From assembly GCA_046350615.1 (NCBI GenBank), contig JAXMAA010000001.1, positions 72,480-136,479 of the forward strand: a DNA stretch of 64,000 nucleotides. Reading direction: 5' to 3'. Each line of letters starts with the position of its first letter. Within the stretch, counting starts at the first letter, position 1. The notes beneath the pieces were generated by a model. It ran no database searches. It saw only the letters and a program-made list of their open reading frames with translations, and had not been told where the DNA came from. Source of the stretch: Candidatus Saccharimonadales bacterium (GTDB lineage: Bacteria > Patescibacteriota > Saccharimonadia > Saccharimonadales > UBA7683). Positions 8,271-17,210 of this stretch are shown here, one piece after another. The translations under genes were made by a program, and so were the position numbers.

Positions 8271-8842
8271 TCAGGCCTCTCCATCAGGATATGTCAAATA
8301 CTGTGTGGCATATTGAACAGCAACTGCAACCTCTTGCTCCAATACCCCTCGAGGCATCTGCAATTCCTTTGCAAGACTTCGCTGATTGGCTCCGGCGGCA
8401 GCAAGAAGGTCAACACCACCCGTCAATAAACCACGAGCAAACAATCGAGCTTCGGCAACCATTACTCGGCGCCGCGTTGATTCATCCACTCCTGGCTCAT
8501 CATCGAACACAAATTCTATCCGAGGCAAATCATCGCTTTGGGTCGGAAGGGCATCTAGCTTACCAAGAAAATGCAGCTGGTAGTGACCAAGTGCCTGAGC
8601 AATGGCAAAATTATCACGCCGAACACCTGTGTGCTCGTTAACCTCCACTGTAAAATCTCCTTCGGAACGTACAGTTAGCAACCGGTTGCTATCTGGTTTA
8701 CGCACACTAATTGCCCCCCCAGTTTACGGTTAATGCTTTCGAGATCGCACCGACCCCCAGCCCTATAGGCGACATATGCCTCACCAAACTCCCTGCCCAA
8801 TCTACGAAATTCTATTTCGGGATTTCTTCCGGCGACCTTCAT
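8271..8842 (-). pseudogene. ImmA/IrrE-like metallopeptidase-domain gene, split by a frameshift in a G7 run and with a degenerate HExxH
   Basis: A 55-codon ORF (ATG 8842, MKVAGRNPEIEFRRLGREFGEAYVAYRAGGRCDLESINRKLGGQ...) and the track ORF 8271-8705 (...FTVEVNEHTGVRRDNFAIAQALGHYQLHF...) lie in different frames. One extra G in the run at 8714-8720 would fuse them. The motif AQALGH sits where ImmA proteins have AHELGH. Confidence 0.5.
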
Positions 8843-8854
8843 AACAAACTCCCT

Positions 8855-11448
8855 CTAGTGCTTCTTCTTACGGTTTTGACGTTGTTGTTTTCGGACTTTT
8901 TTGATGGTGGTCTTCTTTTTAGCGGTTGGAATTTTAATGCGCTTCACGACGGTGGCATCGTAATCTTCAGCACTTGAGGCGACACCGCTAGTGATTTGGT
9001 TGGCGTTATCGGTAGATTGGCGAGCCATCTTGGTAAGTTCAGTTTCAACAGCATGTTGCACATGATGCGGCTGCAAGTGGTTCAAGCCTTTTACCACCTC
9101 ATTTCGCAAAGTTGATTGCATAGTTTCAAACAAGCCTTGGCCCTCCCGGCGATACTCTACCAACGGATCTTTCTGGCCAATTGAGCGCCAGCCAATACCG
9201 TTCCGTAGGTGTTCCATGTTCTCAAGATGCTCCATCCATAACTGATCAAGCACCTGCATAACGGCCTCCCGTTCAACCTGACGCATTAAGTCTGTACCAA
9301 GCGCCTCTTCACGATCAACATAAAGTTCATAAGAGTATTCTTTAAATCGTTTGAGTCGCTCTTTTTCATCTTCGGTTGTTTTAAGATCTTTCAGTTGCTT
9401 TTCGCTCAGCGGGAAGACTGTTTGCAGCTCGCGGTAGAACTCTTTTTTATCCAGCGGTGTAATGCGAGCCCAGGTCTCGGCCTCTTGCTCTACCATTTGC
9501 TTAATCTGCTTACTGATATCTTCAGCTAACAGTGCACGGCGGCGAATGGTATAAACGGCTTTACGATGGCGGTTCATGACATCGTCATATTGAACAACAT
9601 TTTTGCGCGAATCGTAATTGTAGCCTTCCACCTTCTTTGAGCGTTCTCGAGAGTCTTTGAAACTGCCCTATTTTCAATAGCCTGGTCATCCTCAATACCA
9701 AGTCGATCCATCAGAGCCTTCACACGATCACCACCGAAAATACGCATCAGGTCGTCTTCGCAAGAAACATAGAATTGGGTCATACCAGGATCACCCTGAC
9801 GACCACAGCGACCACGAAGCTGGTTATCAATACGGCGAGATTCATGCCGTTCTGAACCAATCACCACTAGACCGCCGAGCTCCTTCACCCCTTTGCCAAG
9901 CACAATGTCGGTACCACGTCCAGCGATGTTAGTTGCAAGTGTAACAGCTCCTTTTTGGCCGGCCTGCGCAACAATTGCAGCCTCACTTTCATTATTCTTG
10001 GCATTCAAGATCTGGTGCGGAACCTTTGCCTGAGCAAGCAAACTCGAGAGCAGCTCGTTTTTTTCAATCGAAACCGTACCGATCAATACCGGCTGGCCTT
10101 TTTTGTGCAGCTCCTTCACTTCAGCAATAAGAGCATTGAACTTACCAGCCTCATTTTTATAAATACGGTCGGTTTTATCGATACGTGCTACTGGCATGTT
10201 CGGCGGGATCTCAATCACATCAATACCGTAGATCTGGTTAAACTCCTCAGCCTCAGTTGAAGCCGTACCGGTCATACCGGAGAGTTTATCGTAAAGGCGG
10301 AAGTAATTTTGGAATGAAATCGTTGCCAACGTCTGACTCTCTTGCTGGACCTCAACACCCTCTTTAGCCTCAATTGCCTGGTGCAAACCCTCGTTGTAAC
10401 GACGACCGTGCATCAAACGGCCGGTAAACTCATCGACAATGATAATTTCACCATCGCGGGAGATAACATACTCCTTCTCGCAGTGGAATAAAGTTTGCGC
10501 CTTAAGAGCCTGATCCATATGATAGATCAGCTTAATATGCTCGGGATCATAGAGGTTATCAATTTTGAGCAGCTTCTGCACCTTTTCGACACCCTCATCG
10601 TTCAGCGCTACTGAACGGCGTTTTTCATCAAGCTCATAATCGTCGGGGGTGAGCTGGCGTGCAACCTCGGCAAACATGGTGTACCCAGAACCGCTATCAG
10701 TAGATGGTGCAGAAATAATAAGCGGCGTGCGAGCCTCGTCGATCAAAATAGAATCTACCTCATCAACAATCGCAAAATTAAGTTCACGCTGCCGTAAATT
10801 ATCAGCATCATTCACCATATTGTCGCGCAAATAATCAAAGCCAAACTCATTATTAGTACCGTAGGTGATATCAGCCGCATAAGCCTCTTTGCGAGTACAA
10901 GGCTTAAGATGCTGCATACGCTCATCATCATGTTTTTCATTGGTAAAATCAGCGTCGTATATAAACGATTCATCGGCAATAATTACACCCACACTCATAC
11001 CAAGCGCATCATAAACTGCAGCGTTCCAACCTGCATCACGCTGTGCCAGATAATCATTAACCGTTACCACATGCACGCCCTTGCCACTCAGAGCATTTAG
11101 ATACACTGGCAACGTTGCCACCAGAGTCTTACCCTCACCCGTACCCATTTGCGCCACGTTGCCTTCGTGCAACGCCATACCGCCAATTAGCTGGACATCA
11201 AAATGACGCTTACCGAGTGTTCGTTTTGAAACCTCTCGCACTACCGCAAACGCATGCGGCAGAATATCATCAAGCGTCTTCTTCTCTTTCAATTGTTTTT
11301 TAAATTCTTCTGTTTGTTTAGCGAGCTTTGCAAGGCTCATCTTTTCGTAAACCGATTCCAGCTCGTTAATTTTGACAACTTGCTTCTTCAACCGTTTAAC
11401 AGTCTTAGCCTGCGGATCTCCAAAAACAGTCTTCAGTGATAATTTCAT
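8855..11448 (-). CDS. secA: preprotein translocase ATPase SecA, interrupted by a single-base frameshift near 9636-9638
   Basis: Track ORFs 9574-11448 (DEAD motor: [38 protein letters not shown]) and 8855-9631 ([27 protein letters not shown]) together make a complete SecA. The junction reads ...[13 protein letters not shown] once one A is added. Confidence 0.9.
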
Positions 11449-11767
11449 CTCAGTATTCTTCCCTCTCTCATCTCAGAAAATAGCCCTCTTATTGTAGCAG
11501 ATGTGAAAAAGATTTTTGATGATTGATTTTTGCTTTTATAAACGATTTCGCTGCCATTACAGCTCATCAGCTTAGCTTTTACTCTAAGGATCGCCTGAGA
11601 GCTTCACCCCGAAGGGTGCGCTCTCAGTGAAGATATTTGGATATGGCGTCTCCCCGCCAACTGTTTTCCTCCGAGAGCGCAAGAAGCGCCCACATCATTG
11701 GATTACTCTACAGTCAGAGTTTCACATGTCCTTTTGAAAGGCCGGATGTGCTCCGGTAGCCAGTCTG

Positions 11768-13522
11768 CTAGTTGCTGCCGGAGTCCTCGCTGGGCTCCGA
11801 GCCAGGCTGCTGACGCTGGTCGAGCTCGTCGGCCATCGCCTGGATGCAGCTCACCAGCTGGTTGGGCGTCAGCTCACTGGGGTTCTGACCACAGAACTCG
11901 GTGTCGTTGCCGTCACCTTCGCTCTCGTTGTCGTTGCCCGTGGCACCAACGCTTACCAGCTGCGGCGTGATGTTGTCACTAGCGCTGATCTCCAGCCGGT
12001 AGACCACTCGCCCCTTCAGCTCGCCGAACGCCCGCCAGACGTCACCGTCGACAGGCGTGAACTCGACGAGCTTTCCACCGTTGCTGATGAACGTCCCAGC
12101 ATTCTTGGCCAGGTAGTCCAGCGCGTCGGCCTCCAGGTTGTCGATGTTGATCCTGCGCGGATCATCCTCACCGAGGATGTACACCGACAGCGAGTTGAGG
12201 CGTCCGCCGTCCACGACGTCGGCCGGGGTGATCGCATACGCGACGAAGAGCTCCGAAGTGCTCTTGCGCAACGTCAGCGGGGTCACCCACTCCAAGCGAC
12301 CGGTGGTCTTGTTCTTGAGCAAGTACTCACTGGTGTTGCCCGCCTGTGCCTCCGAGGTGGCCGGTTCGAAGCCGAAGCTTCGACGGTCCTCATTCTTGCG
12401 CCCGGCAGCCCACCTGGTCATGTCGCGTTGCCGCTCGACCAAGCTCATGGGGTACACCGGACCGGGGTAGTCGCCGGCCTTGGCCTCGCTGACATACGTC
12501 AGCTTGACCTGGCCGTCTTGACCCCGAACGATTATCAGCCCACCAGCCGTATCCACCGTGCGATCCTTGAACTGGATCTGCTTGGTGGTCGGGATCACCA
12601 CGATCGGCTCATCGCCGTCGCAGTAGCCCCACACGTCGGACTGCTCGTAGCGAAGCGCCGGGTAGCGCTCAGCCAACAGGTTGGGCAGCGAGTTCCCTCG
12701 CTCACCAGCGAATGCTCGGTCGAGGTCGTACTTGCCCTCGAACTTGCAAGTGGTGGTCTGGTTGGAACCATCCCACTCGCTGACGCCGCCCAGTCCCTGC
12801 TCACGACCGCTGCCGTCGAGCACACCGCTCCAGCGGGCGGGCTGCTCGCCCCACTCGTTGAGGTATGTCACCATGCCCTCGTTGAGCGAGATCCGCTGCT
12901 CGTCACCACTGGTCCGCTTGATGGCGAAGACGGCACCGTCGAGGGAGCCGATGCGCGGCTCCCAACCCGCCTGGTCCAGCTCACCCTCCTTGATGCAGGT
13001 GTGCATGTCGCTGGCGTCCACCATGTCACAGCCGAAACGGCTGGACTCGGTGGCACCCTCCAGGAGGTAGCGCACCGTCGCCGGTGTCTCATCCAGGTTG
13101 GGAACGATGAAGGTCGTGGCCCGGTTGTAGTACCGGGCCTCGTCCTTGTCGTTATCCCAACCGACGGTGGTCAGCTTGAACACGCCGCCCACAGTGGCAA
13201 GCACCATGATGATCGCGATGACCAAGCTGGCACCCTGCCGAGAGACGGTGTGGCGCTCCGTTGTGCCGTAGTACCGACCTCGGTCGTACTCCTCGACGTC
13301 CGCCATCACGATGACAGCAGAGCCGATGAAGCCAACCGTGAGCCAGGCCCACAGCCACCACGAGCCCGACCAGACATTGGCCAGCATGAACTGGTCCATG
13401 TACTGGTTGAGCTTCATGCCTTCGAAGAGGAATCGGCGCACGAGCCACACCAGGCCGTATAGGCCTGGCATCCACCCCCACCATGCGGCGAGGGCTCCGA
13501 GCTTACCCTTCCAGGTTCGCAT
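11768..13522 (-). CDS. high-GC, horizontally acquired membrane protein of unknown function (584 aa; 3 N-terminal TM helices, large extracytoplasmic domain, acidic tail)
   Basis: This is the longest ORF in the region. The predicted TM segments are LGALAAWWGWMPGLYGLVWLV, SWWLWAWLTVGFIGSAVIVMA and ASLVIAIIMVLATVGGVFKL. The local sequence is visibly G/C-rich, and many overlapping ORFs appear in other frames only here. Confidence 0.75.
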   Translation of the reverse strand: MRTWKGKLGALAAWWGWMPGLYGLVWLVRRFLFEGMKLNQYMDQFMLANVWSGSWWLWAWLTVGFIGSAVIVMADVEEYDRGRYYGTTERHTVSRQGASLVIAIIMVLATVGGVFKLTTVGWDNDKDEARYYNRATTFIVPNLDETPATVRYLLEGATESSRFGCDMVDASDMHTCIKEGELDQAGWEPRIGSLDGAVFAIKRTSGDEQRISLNEGMVTYLNEWGEQPARWSGVLDGSGREQGLGGVSEWDGSNQTTTCKFEGKYDLDRAFAGERGNSLPNLLAERYPALRYEQSDVWGYCDGDEPIVVIPTTKQIQFKDRTVDTAGGLIIVRGQDGQVKLTYVSEAKAGDYPGPVYPMSLVERQRDMTRWAAGRKNEDRRSFGFEPATSEAQAGNTSEYLLKNKTTGRLEWVTPLTLRKSTSELFVAYAITPADVVDGGRLNSLSVYILGEDDPRRINIDNLEADALDYLAKNAGTFISNGGKLVEFTPVDGDVWRAFGELKGRVVYRLEISASDNITPQLVSVGATGNDNESEGDGNDTEFCGQNPSELTPNQLVSCIQAMADELDQRQQPGSEPSEDSGSN

Positions 13523-13673
13523 CGTATCAGTTTCCTTTCAATTGGGAAATGTGAATATACGGGAAGTAACGGTCCCAACCGAGGTAAGCTCCTCAGCCAG
13601 AAGGACTTGCGCCCTCCCATATATACCGATGTGCTCTGGTACAACTACATATATGGAATGACCAAATCGATTA

Positions 13674-13697
13674 CGTGACATAATAAAAAATGTCACG
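13674..13697 (-). promoter_or_regulatory. palindromic operator-like site CGTGACAT-N8-ATGTCACG overlapping the predicted transcription start
   Basis: It is a perfect 8-bp inverted repeat separated by an 8-nt A/T spacer. It begins 6 nt downstream of the -10 box at 13704-13709. Confidence 0.45.
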
Positions 13698-13703
13698 CCT
13701 ATA

Positions 13704-13732
13704 ATTATAGCAAAAATGATCTACTTTGTCAA
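13704..13732 (-). promoter_or_regulatory. perfect-consensus sigma-70 promoter (TTGACA-17-TATAAT with TGC extension) facing the high-GC gene
   Basis: The minus strand reads TTGACAaagtagatcatttttgcTATAAT, with the -35 at 13727-13732 and the -10 at 13704-13709. Confidence 0.7.
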
Positions 13733-13937
13733 TACTCTAACCCTGTTGAGTAAATGAGGTGCTAAAAAATACTGCGACCACAATAATATCCTCTAGAGGC
13801 CGAGAAAATGACGAGTTATAAAGCAAAGCAGTTACACGAGTTTATCTGAATTTACAGATGTAACTCTAATGGTGTCCTCACTCCGTCTTACAACGATTTG
13901 CTGGAAGGTGCGATCAGCTTTAACTGACCATAAAAAC

Positions 13938-13966
13938 ATTATAGAGCATACTCTACTGTATGTCAA
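13938..13966 (-). promoter_or_regulatory. second perfect-consensus sigma-70 promoter (TTGACA-17-TATAAT), just outside the IS30 end
   Basis: The minus strand reads TTGACAtacagtagagtatgctcTATAAT, with the -35 at 13961-13966 and the -10 at 13938-13943. I see no convincing ORF before the next promoter. Confidence 0.6.
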
Positions 13967-13988
13967 GAGATCTATCCTTGAAACAGGG

Positions 13989-15100
13989 CTGCTCTCAACT
14001 ACTCAGCGCAACATAACCTCGTTGGCTGTGGCTTCTCCTTTCTCAGCGAGTAGCTGGCTAAATGCTTCATAGGGTGTCCGGAATTCTAAAGCCTTACGTG
14101 GCCTGCTGTTAAGCAGGTCTTGCACGTACTTGACCTCCACTCGACTGATCTTAGTAAACTCGGTACCTTTGGGGAAGAACTGTCTAATGAGGCCGTTGGT
14201 GTTTTCATTCGTTCCACGCTGCCAAGGGCTTTGTGGGTCAGCAAAGTAGACCTGCATCTTGGTTTGCTCAGTAAAGAGTTTGTGGCGAGCCATCTCGCTG
14301 CCGCAGTCGTAGGTCAGCGTTAGCTTCATTTGCTCTGGTAGGCTCGTAAGCTCCGCGGCAAAGCGTGCGGCTACATGTTCAGCATGTTTGCTTGCGACCG
14401 GTACTAGAATAACCGTCCGGGTTGTACGCTCCACCAATGTGCCAAGCGCCGAGTGACCGCCCTTACCAATAATAAGGTCACCCTCCCAGTGGCCGGGAAT
14501 AATCCGGTCTTCTACTTCTTTAGGGCGCTCGTCAATGCTCACCAGATCTGGTATGGGGCTGTGCTTGGTTCGGTCGCCAGCCGGTCGTTTGCTACCCCGG
14601 CTACGCCTGTGCTGCCGCAACGCTGCTTTGAGCTCTTTTTTGAGACTACCGCGAGCCAAGCAGAAGACGTACGTGTAGATGGTTTCGTGGCTAACGCGCA
14701 TACTCATGTCATTAGGATACTCGAGTTTTAGTCTGGCAGCTATCTGCTGCGGTGACCAGTGCTCAACTAAGATCTTGTGGTGTACATAATCCCTGAGCCG
14801 CTTATTAACCAACAGTTTGTTTGTCTTGCGGTGGTTGCGCTTGGCATCCGCCATTTCTTGGGCGAAGGTAGCTCGGTAATATTTGGGAGTATAGCGTAAC
14901 CGAGATAACTCTCGGCTCATGGTGCTAGTTTCACGCTTCAACTGACGAGCAATCTGACCAAGAGTGTGACCCTGAGCTAGACTGCGACTAATTTCTTCGC
15001 GTTCCTCGGCAGTGAGTCGTTTGTATGCAGTTGTTTTCATAGTAGTTATAGCCTACCAGCTGAAACTGCTTACGTTGCGTTAGTTATTTGAGAGTAGCAG
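13989..15100 (-). mobile_element. IS30-family insertion sequence (~1.1 kb)
   Basis: It contains a single transposase ORF and imperfect terminal inverted repeats: CTGCTCTCAACTACTCAGCGCAAC (13989-14012) versus the reverse complement of 15074-15100, CTGCTACTCTCAAATAACTAACGCAAC. The transposase stop lies inside the left IR. Confidence 0.75.
14003..15040 (-). CDS. IS30 family transposase
   Basis: It has an N-terminal HTH (LTAEEREEISRSLAQGHTLGQIARQLKRETSTMSRELSR), the segment HWSPQQIAARLK, and a DDE core (HWEGDLI...TLTYDCGSEMA...GTNENTNGLIRQFFPKGT). Confidence 0.95.
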   Translation of the reverse strand: MKTTAYKRLTAEEREEISRSLAQGHTLGQIARQLKRETSTMSRELSRLRYTPKYYRATFAQEMADAKRNHRKTNKLLVNKRLRDYVHHKILVEHWSPQQIAARLKLEYPNDMSMRVSHETIYTYVFCLARGSLKKELKAALRQHRRSRGSKRPAGDRTKHSPIPDLVSIDERPKEVEDRIIPGHWEGDLIIGKGGHSALGTLVERTTRTVILVPVASKHAEHVAARFAAELTSLPEQMKLTLTYDCGSEMARHKLFTEQTKMQVYFADPQSPWQRGTNENTNGLIRQFFPKGTEFTKISRVEVKYVQDLLNSRPRKALEFRTPYEAFSQLLAEKGEATANEVMLR

Positions 15101-15141
15101 GATACTTGGCAGGCTCAATATGACAACGCGCCAATCAAAGG

Positions 15142-15522
15142 CTATATTTGATCTTCAGACTGTTGACGGGAGCGGCGGAAGCGACGCAGGATGCCGCGGT
15201 GATCTTGTTTATCGCCACCGTGAGAGGCTTTGTATTTACGGAGTTGATTCTTAATTTTGGTTTCAACAATATCAATTGCGGCAAACATATTTACTGTTGA
15301 TTGCTTGGCCGTAACCTGCTGCTCAGGCAGATGCACAATAATTTCACATTGATTTCGATCACTCTTCGTCTTAAGTTCAGAGAGCTTTACTTCAACATGC
15401 ATCGATTTACGAGCATGGCGGGGTACGAATCGGTCAAGCCGACCAACTTTTTTAGTAACATACTTTTTTAAATCGTCGCTGACTTCGTAATGTATTCCTG
15501 AGATCTCGATATGTGAAATCAT
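15142..15522 (-). CDS. hpf: ribosome hibernation promoting factor (short HPF/RaiA)
   Basis: The sequence MISHIEISGIHYEVSDDLKKYVTKKVGRLDRF...VEVKL...AAIDIVETKIKNQLRKYK is typical of HPF. A strong SD, AAGGAGGG, precedes the start. Confidence 0.9.
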   Translation of the reverse strand: MISHIEISGIHYEVSDDLKKYVTKKVGRLDRFVPRHARKSMHVEVKLSELKTKSDRNQCEIIVHLPEQQVTAKQSTVNMFAAIDIVETKIKNQLRKYKASHGGDKQDHRGILRRFRRSRQQSEDQI

Positions 15523-15602
15523 CTACCCTCCTTTTGTTTGCACTCATATTATACCTTAGATTAGAGCTTAGTTCTGAGTTCTTAGATCTTAGAGGAACAC
15601 TT

Positions 15603-16901
15603 TTAGATACGTTCTTTGCCGCCCATAAACGGCCGGAGCACTTCAGGGATAATGACATCACCCTCCTCTGTTTGGAAGTTTTCGATAATTGCGATTGGCC
15701 CGCGACTGAGTGGCAAAGCGGTTGCATCGTTCGTGTGGACTAACTCAGTAGCGCCATCGGCTAACTTCACTCTTGTTTTGAGACGCCTTGCCTGATAATC
15801 CGTCATGTAATCGGCGGTGTGTGTTTCACGGTACTTCCCTTGCCCAGGCAGCCATGCCTCGATATCAACACCGCGCGCATTCGGCTTACCGATGTCTGCA
15901 GTACACTTTGTAAGCACCTGATACGGGATCTCAAGTAGTTGCATGATCTTTTCCTGGATCGCAATCAAGAACAAGTGCTCTTGAAGTCCGTTAGCAGCTG
16001 TTGTCAGACTCTCCATTTCGAGTTTATCAAACTGATGCATCCGGAACATGCCTTCCATATCTTTGCCATACGTACCAGCCTCACGCCTGAAAGATGTAGC
16101 GTAGCCAATATATCGAACTGGCAAATCTGCCTCTGCAAAAGTTTCATCTACATGCATACTACCAAGTACGTGCTCGGCACTCCCTTGCAGCCAAAGATCT
16201 TCATCTTCAATTTTATAGCGATCATCGCGAGGCTCCAGGCGATCCATGGCATCGTAAAGATCCGTTCTGAGCATAAATGGCGGCAGCACTGGCACAAAAG
16301 GCTTGTTGGTTACTTTAAGATCATTTTCAGCAATGATCTCATCAAGAAATGTCTGATCAGAGAGCTTCGACATAACAAATTGAATGATTGCAAACTGAAG
16401 CTGCACCAGATCTCCTTTGAGATATGTAAATCGTGAGCCACTTACTTTAGCGGCACGCTCTTTATCCATCCAGCCCTTAGATTCTGCAATCTGTGCATGA
16501 TTTTTTGGCTTAAAGCTAAACTCGGCAGGCTTGCCAATAGTTTTTGAAACCACGTTCTCTTCTTCGGTTTTTCCGATTGGTACATCATCAAGCGCTATAT
16601 TTGGCACAGCCTTAAGAACTGAGAGGTATTCAACTTCCGTCGGAGCAAGTTCAGATTCAAGTTCGCCGAGTGTTTCTTTTATGCGCCTGCCTTCAGCAAT
16701 CAGCTCGGGCGATGGTTCGCCATTCTTCATTTGGGCGGCAGTTTCATTGCGAGCCTTACGAAGTTTTTCGACCTCTTGTAAAAGCTCTCGGCGCTTGAAA
16801 TCAAGCTCTAAAAGCTTATCTATATCGACCGCTACGTTTTTAGCAGCAGCAGCATCCTTTACTTTTTTTGTGTTTTCTCTGATAAATTGAATGTCTAACA
16901 T
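15603..16901 (-). CDS. serS: serine--tRNA ligase
   Basis: The protein begins MLDIQFIRENTKKVKDAAAAKNV, has the coiled-coil arm, and carries class II motifs (FRREAGTYGKD, HQFDKLE). I prefer the ATG at 16901, which is preceded by GGAAGAG, over the track start at 16931. Confidence 0.93.
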   Translation of the reverse strand: MLDIQFIRENTKKVKDAAAAKNVAVDIDKLLELDFKRRELLQEVEKLRKARNETAAQMKNGEPSPELIAEGRRIKETLGELESELAPTEVEYLSVLKAVPNIALDDVPIGKTEEENVVSKTIGKPAEFSFKPKNHAQIAESKGWMDKERAAKVSGSRFTYLKGDLVQLQFAIIQFVMSKLSDQTFLDEIIAENDLKVTNKPFVPVLPPFMLRTDLYDAMDRLEPRDDRYKIEDEDLWLQGSAEHVLGSMHVDETFAEADLPVRYIGYATSFRREAGTYGKDMEGMFRMHQFDKLEMESLTTAANGLQEHLFLIAIQEKIMQLLEIPYQVLTKCTADIGKPNARGVDIEAWLPGQGKYRETHTADYMTDYQARRLKTRVKLADGATELVHTNDATALPLSRGPIAIIENFQTEEGDVIIPEVLRPFMGGKERI

Positions 16902-17210
16902 AACTCTTCCTGTTGTTGGTTGGTGCTTCACCTGTTTTCGGACTCTTCAACCAGCGGCACTGGTTGTGTCACTAGCGAGTCAAAATTGATGAACTACCTT
17001 GTATCATCGACTTAAAGTATACCTTAAGCGACAGATCGAGACCATAATGAAAATGCCAATTCCGCAGACTAGTGCTCTCTAAGTGATAAGGAGAGGCAGA
17101 ATATTGCTTCAGCCTATATGCCGGATGTATGACAATATATAGTCATGCATCTATTTTCTAGATAGAGAATTACATTAGCGACTAGCGGGCACTACCTGCC
17201 TGGCATCACA

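Noticed and set aside
11698-13661. About ten additional long ORFs on both strands (for example 12428-13462 +, 344 aa; 12681-13070 +; 13152-13484 -) overlap the 584-aa gene.
   Set aside because: They are confined to the high-GC island, are Arg/Pro/Ala/Gly-rich nonsense-like translations, and overlap one coherent 584-aa ORF that has clear TM topology. Stop-codon paucity in GC-rich DNA explains them.
16902-17210. Looked for T-box leaders or other riboswitches upstream of serS, and likewise upstream of proS, lysS and ileS.
   Set aside because: No T-box consensus (AGAGA ... GGTNNNNCGCG-type specifier/antiterminator elements) is visible, and there is only a short 7-bp hairpin (16948-16966). The leaders of the other aaRS genes are too short.
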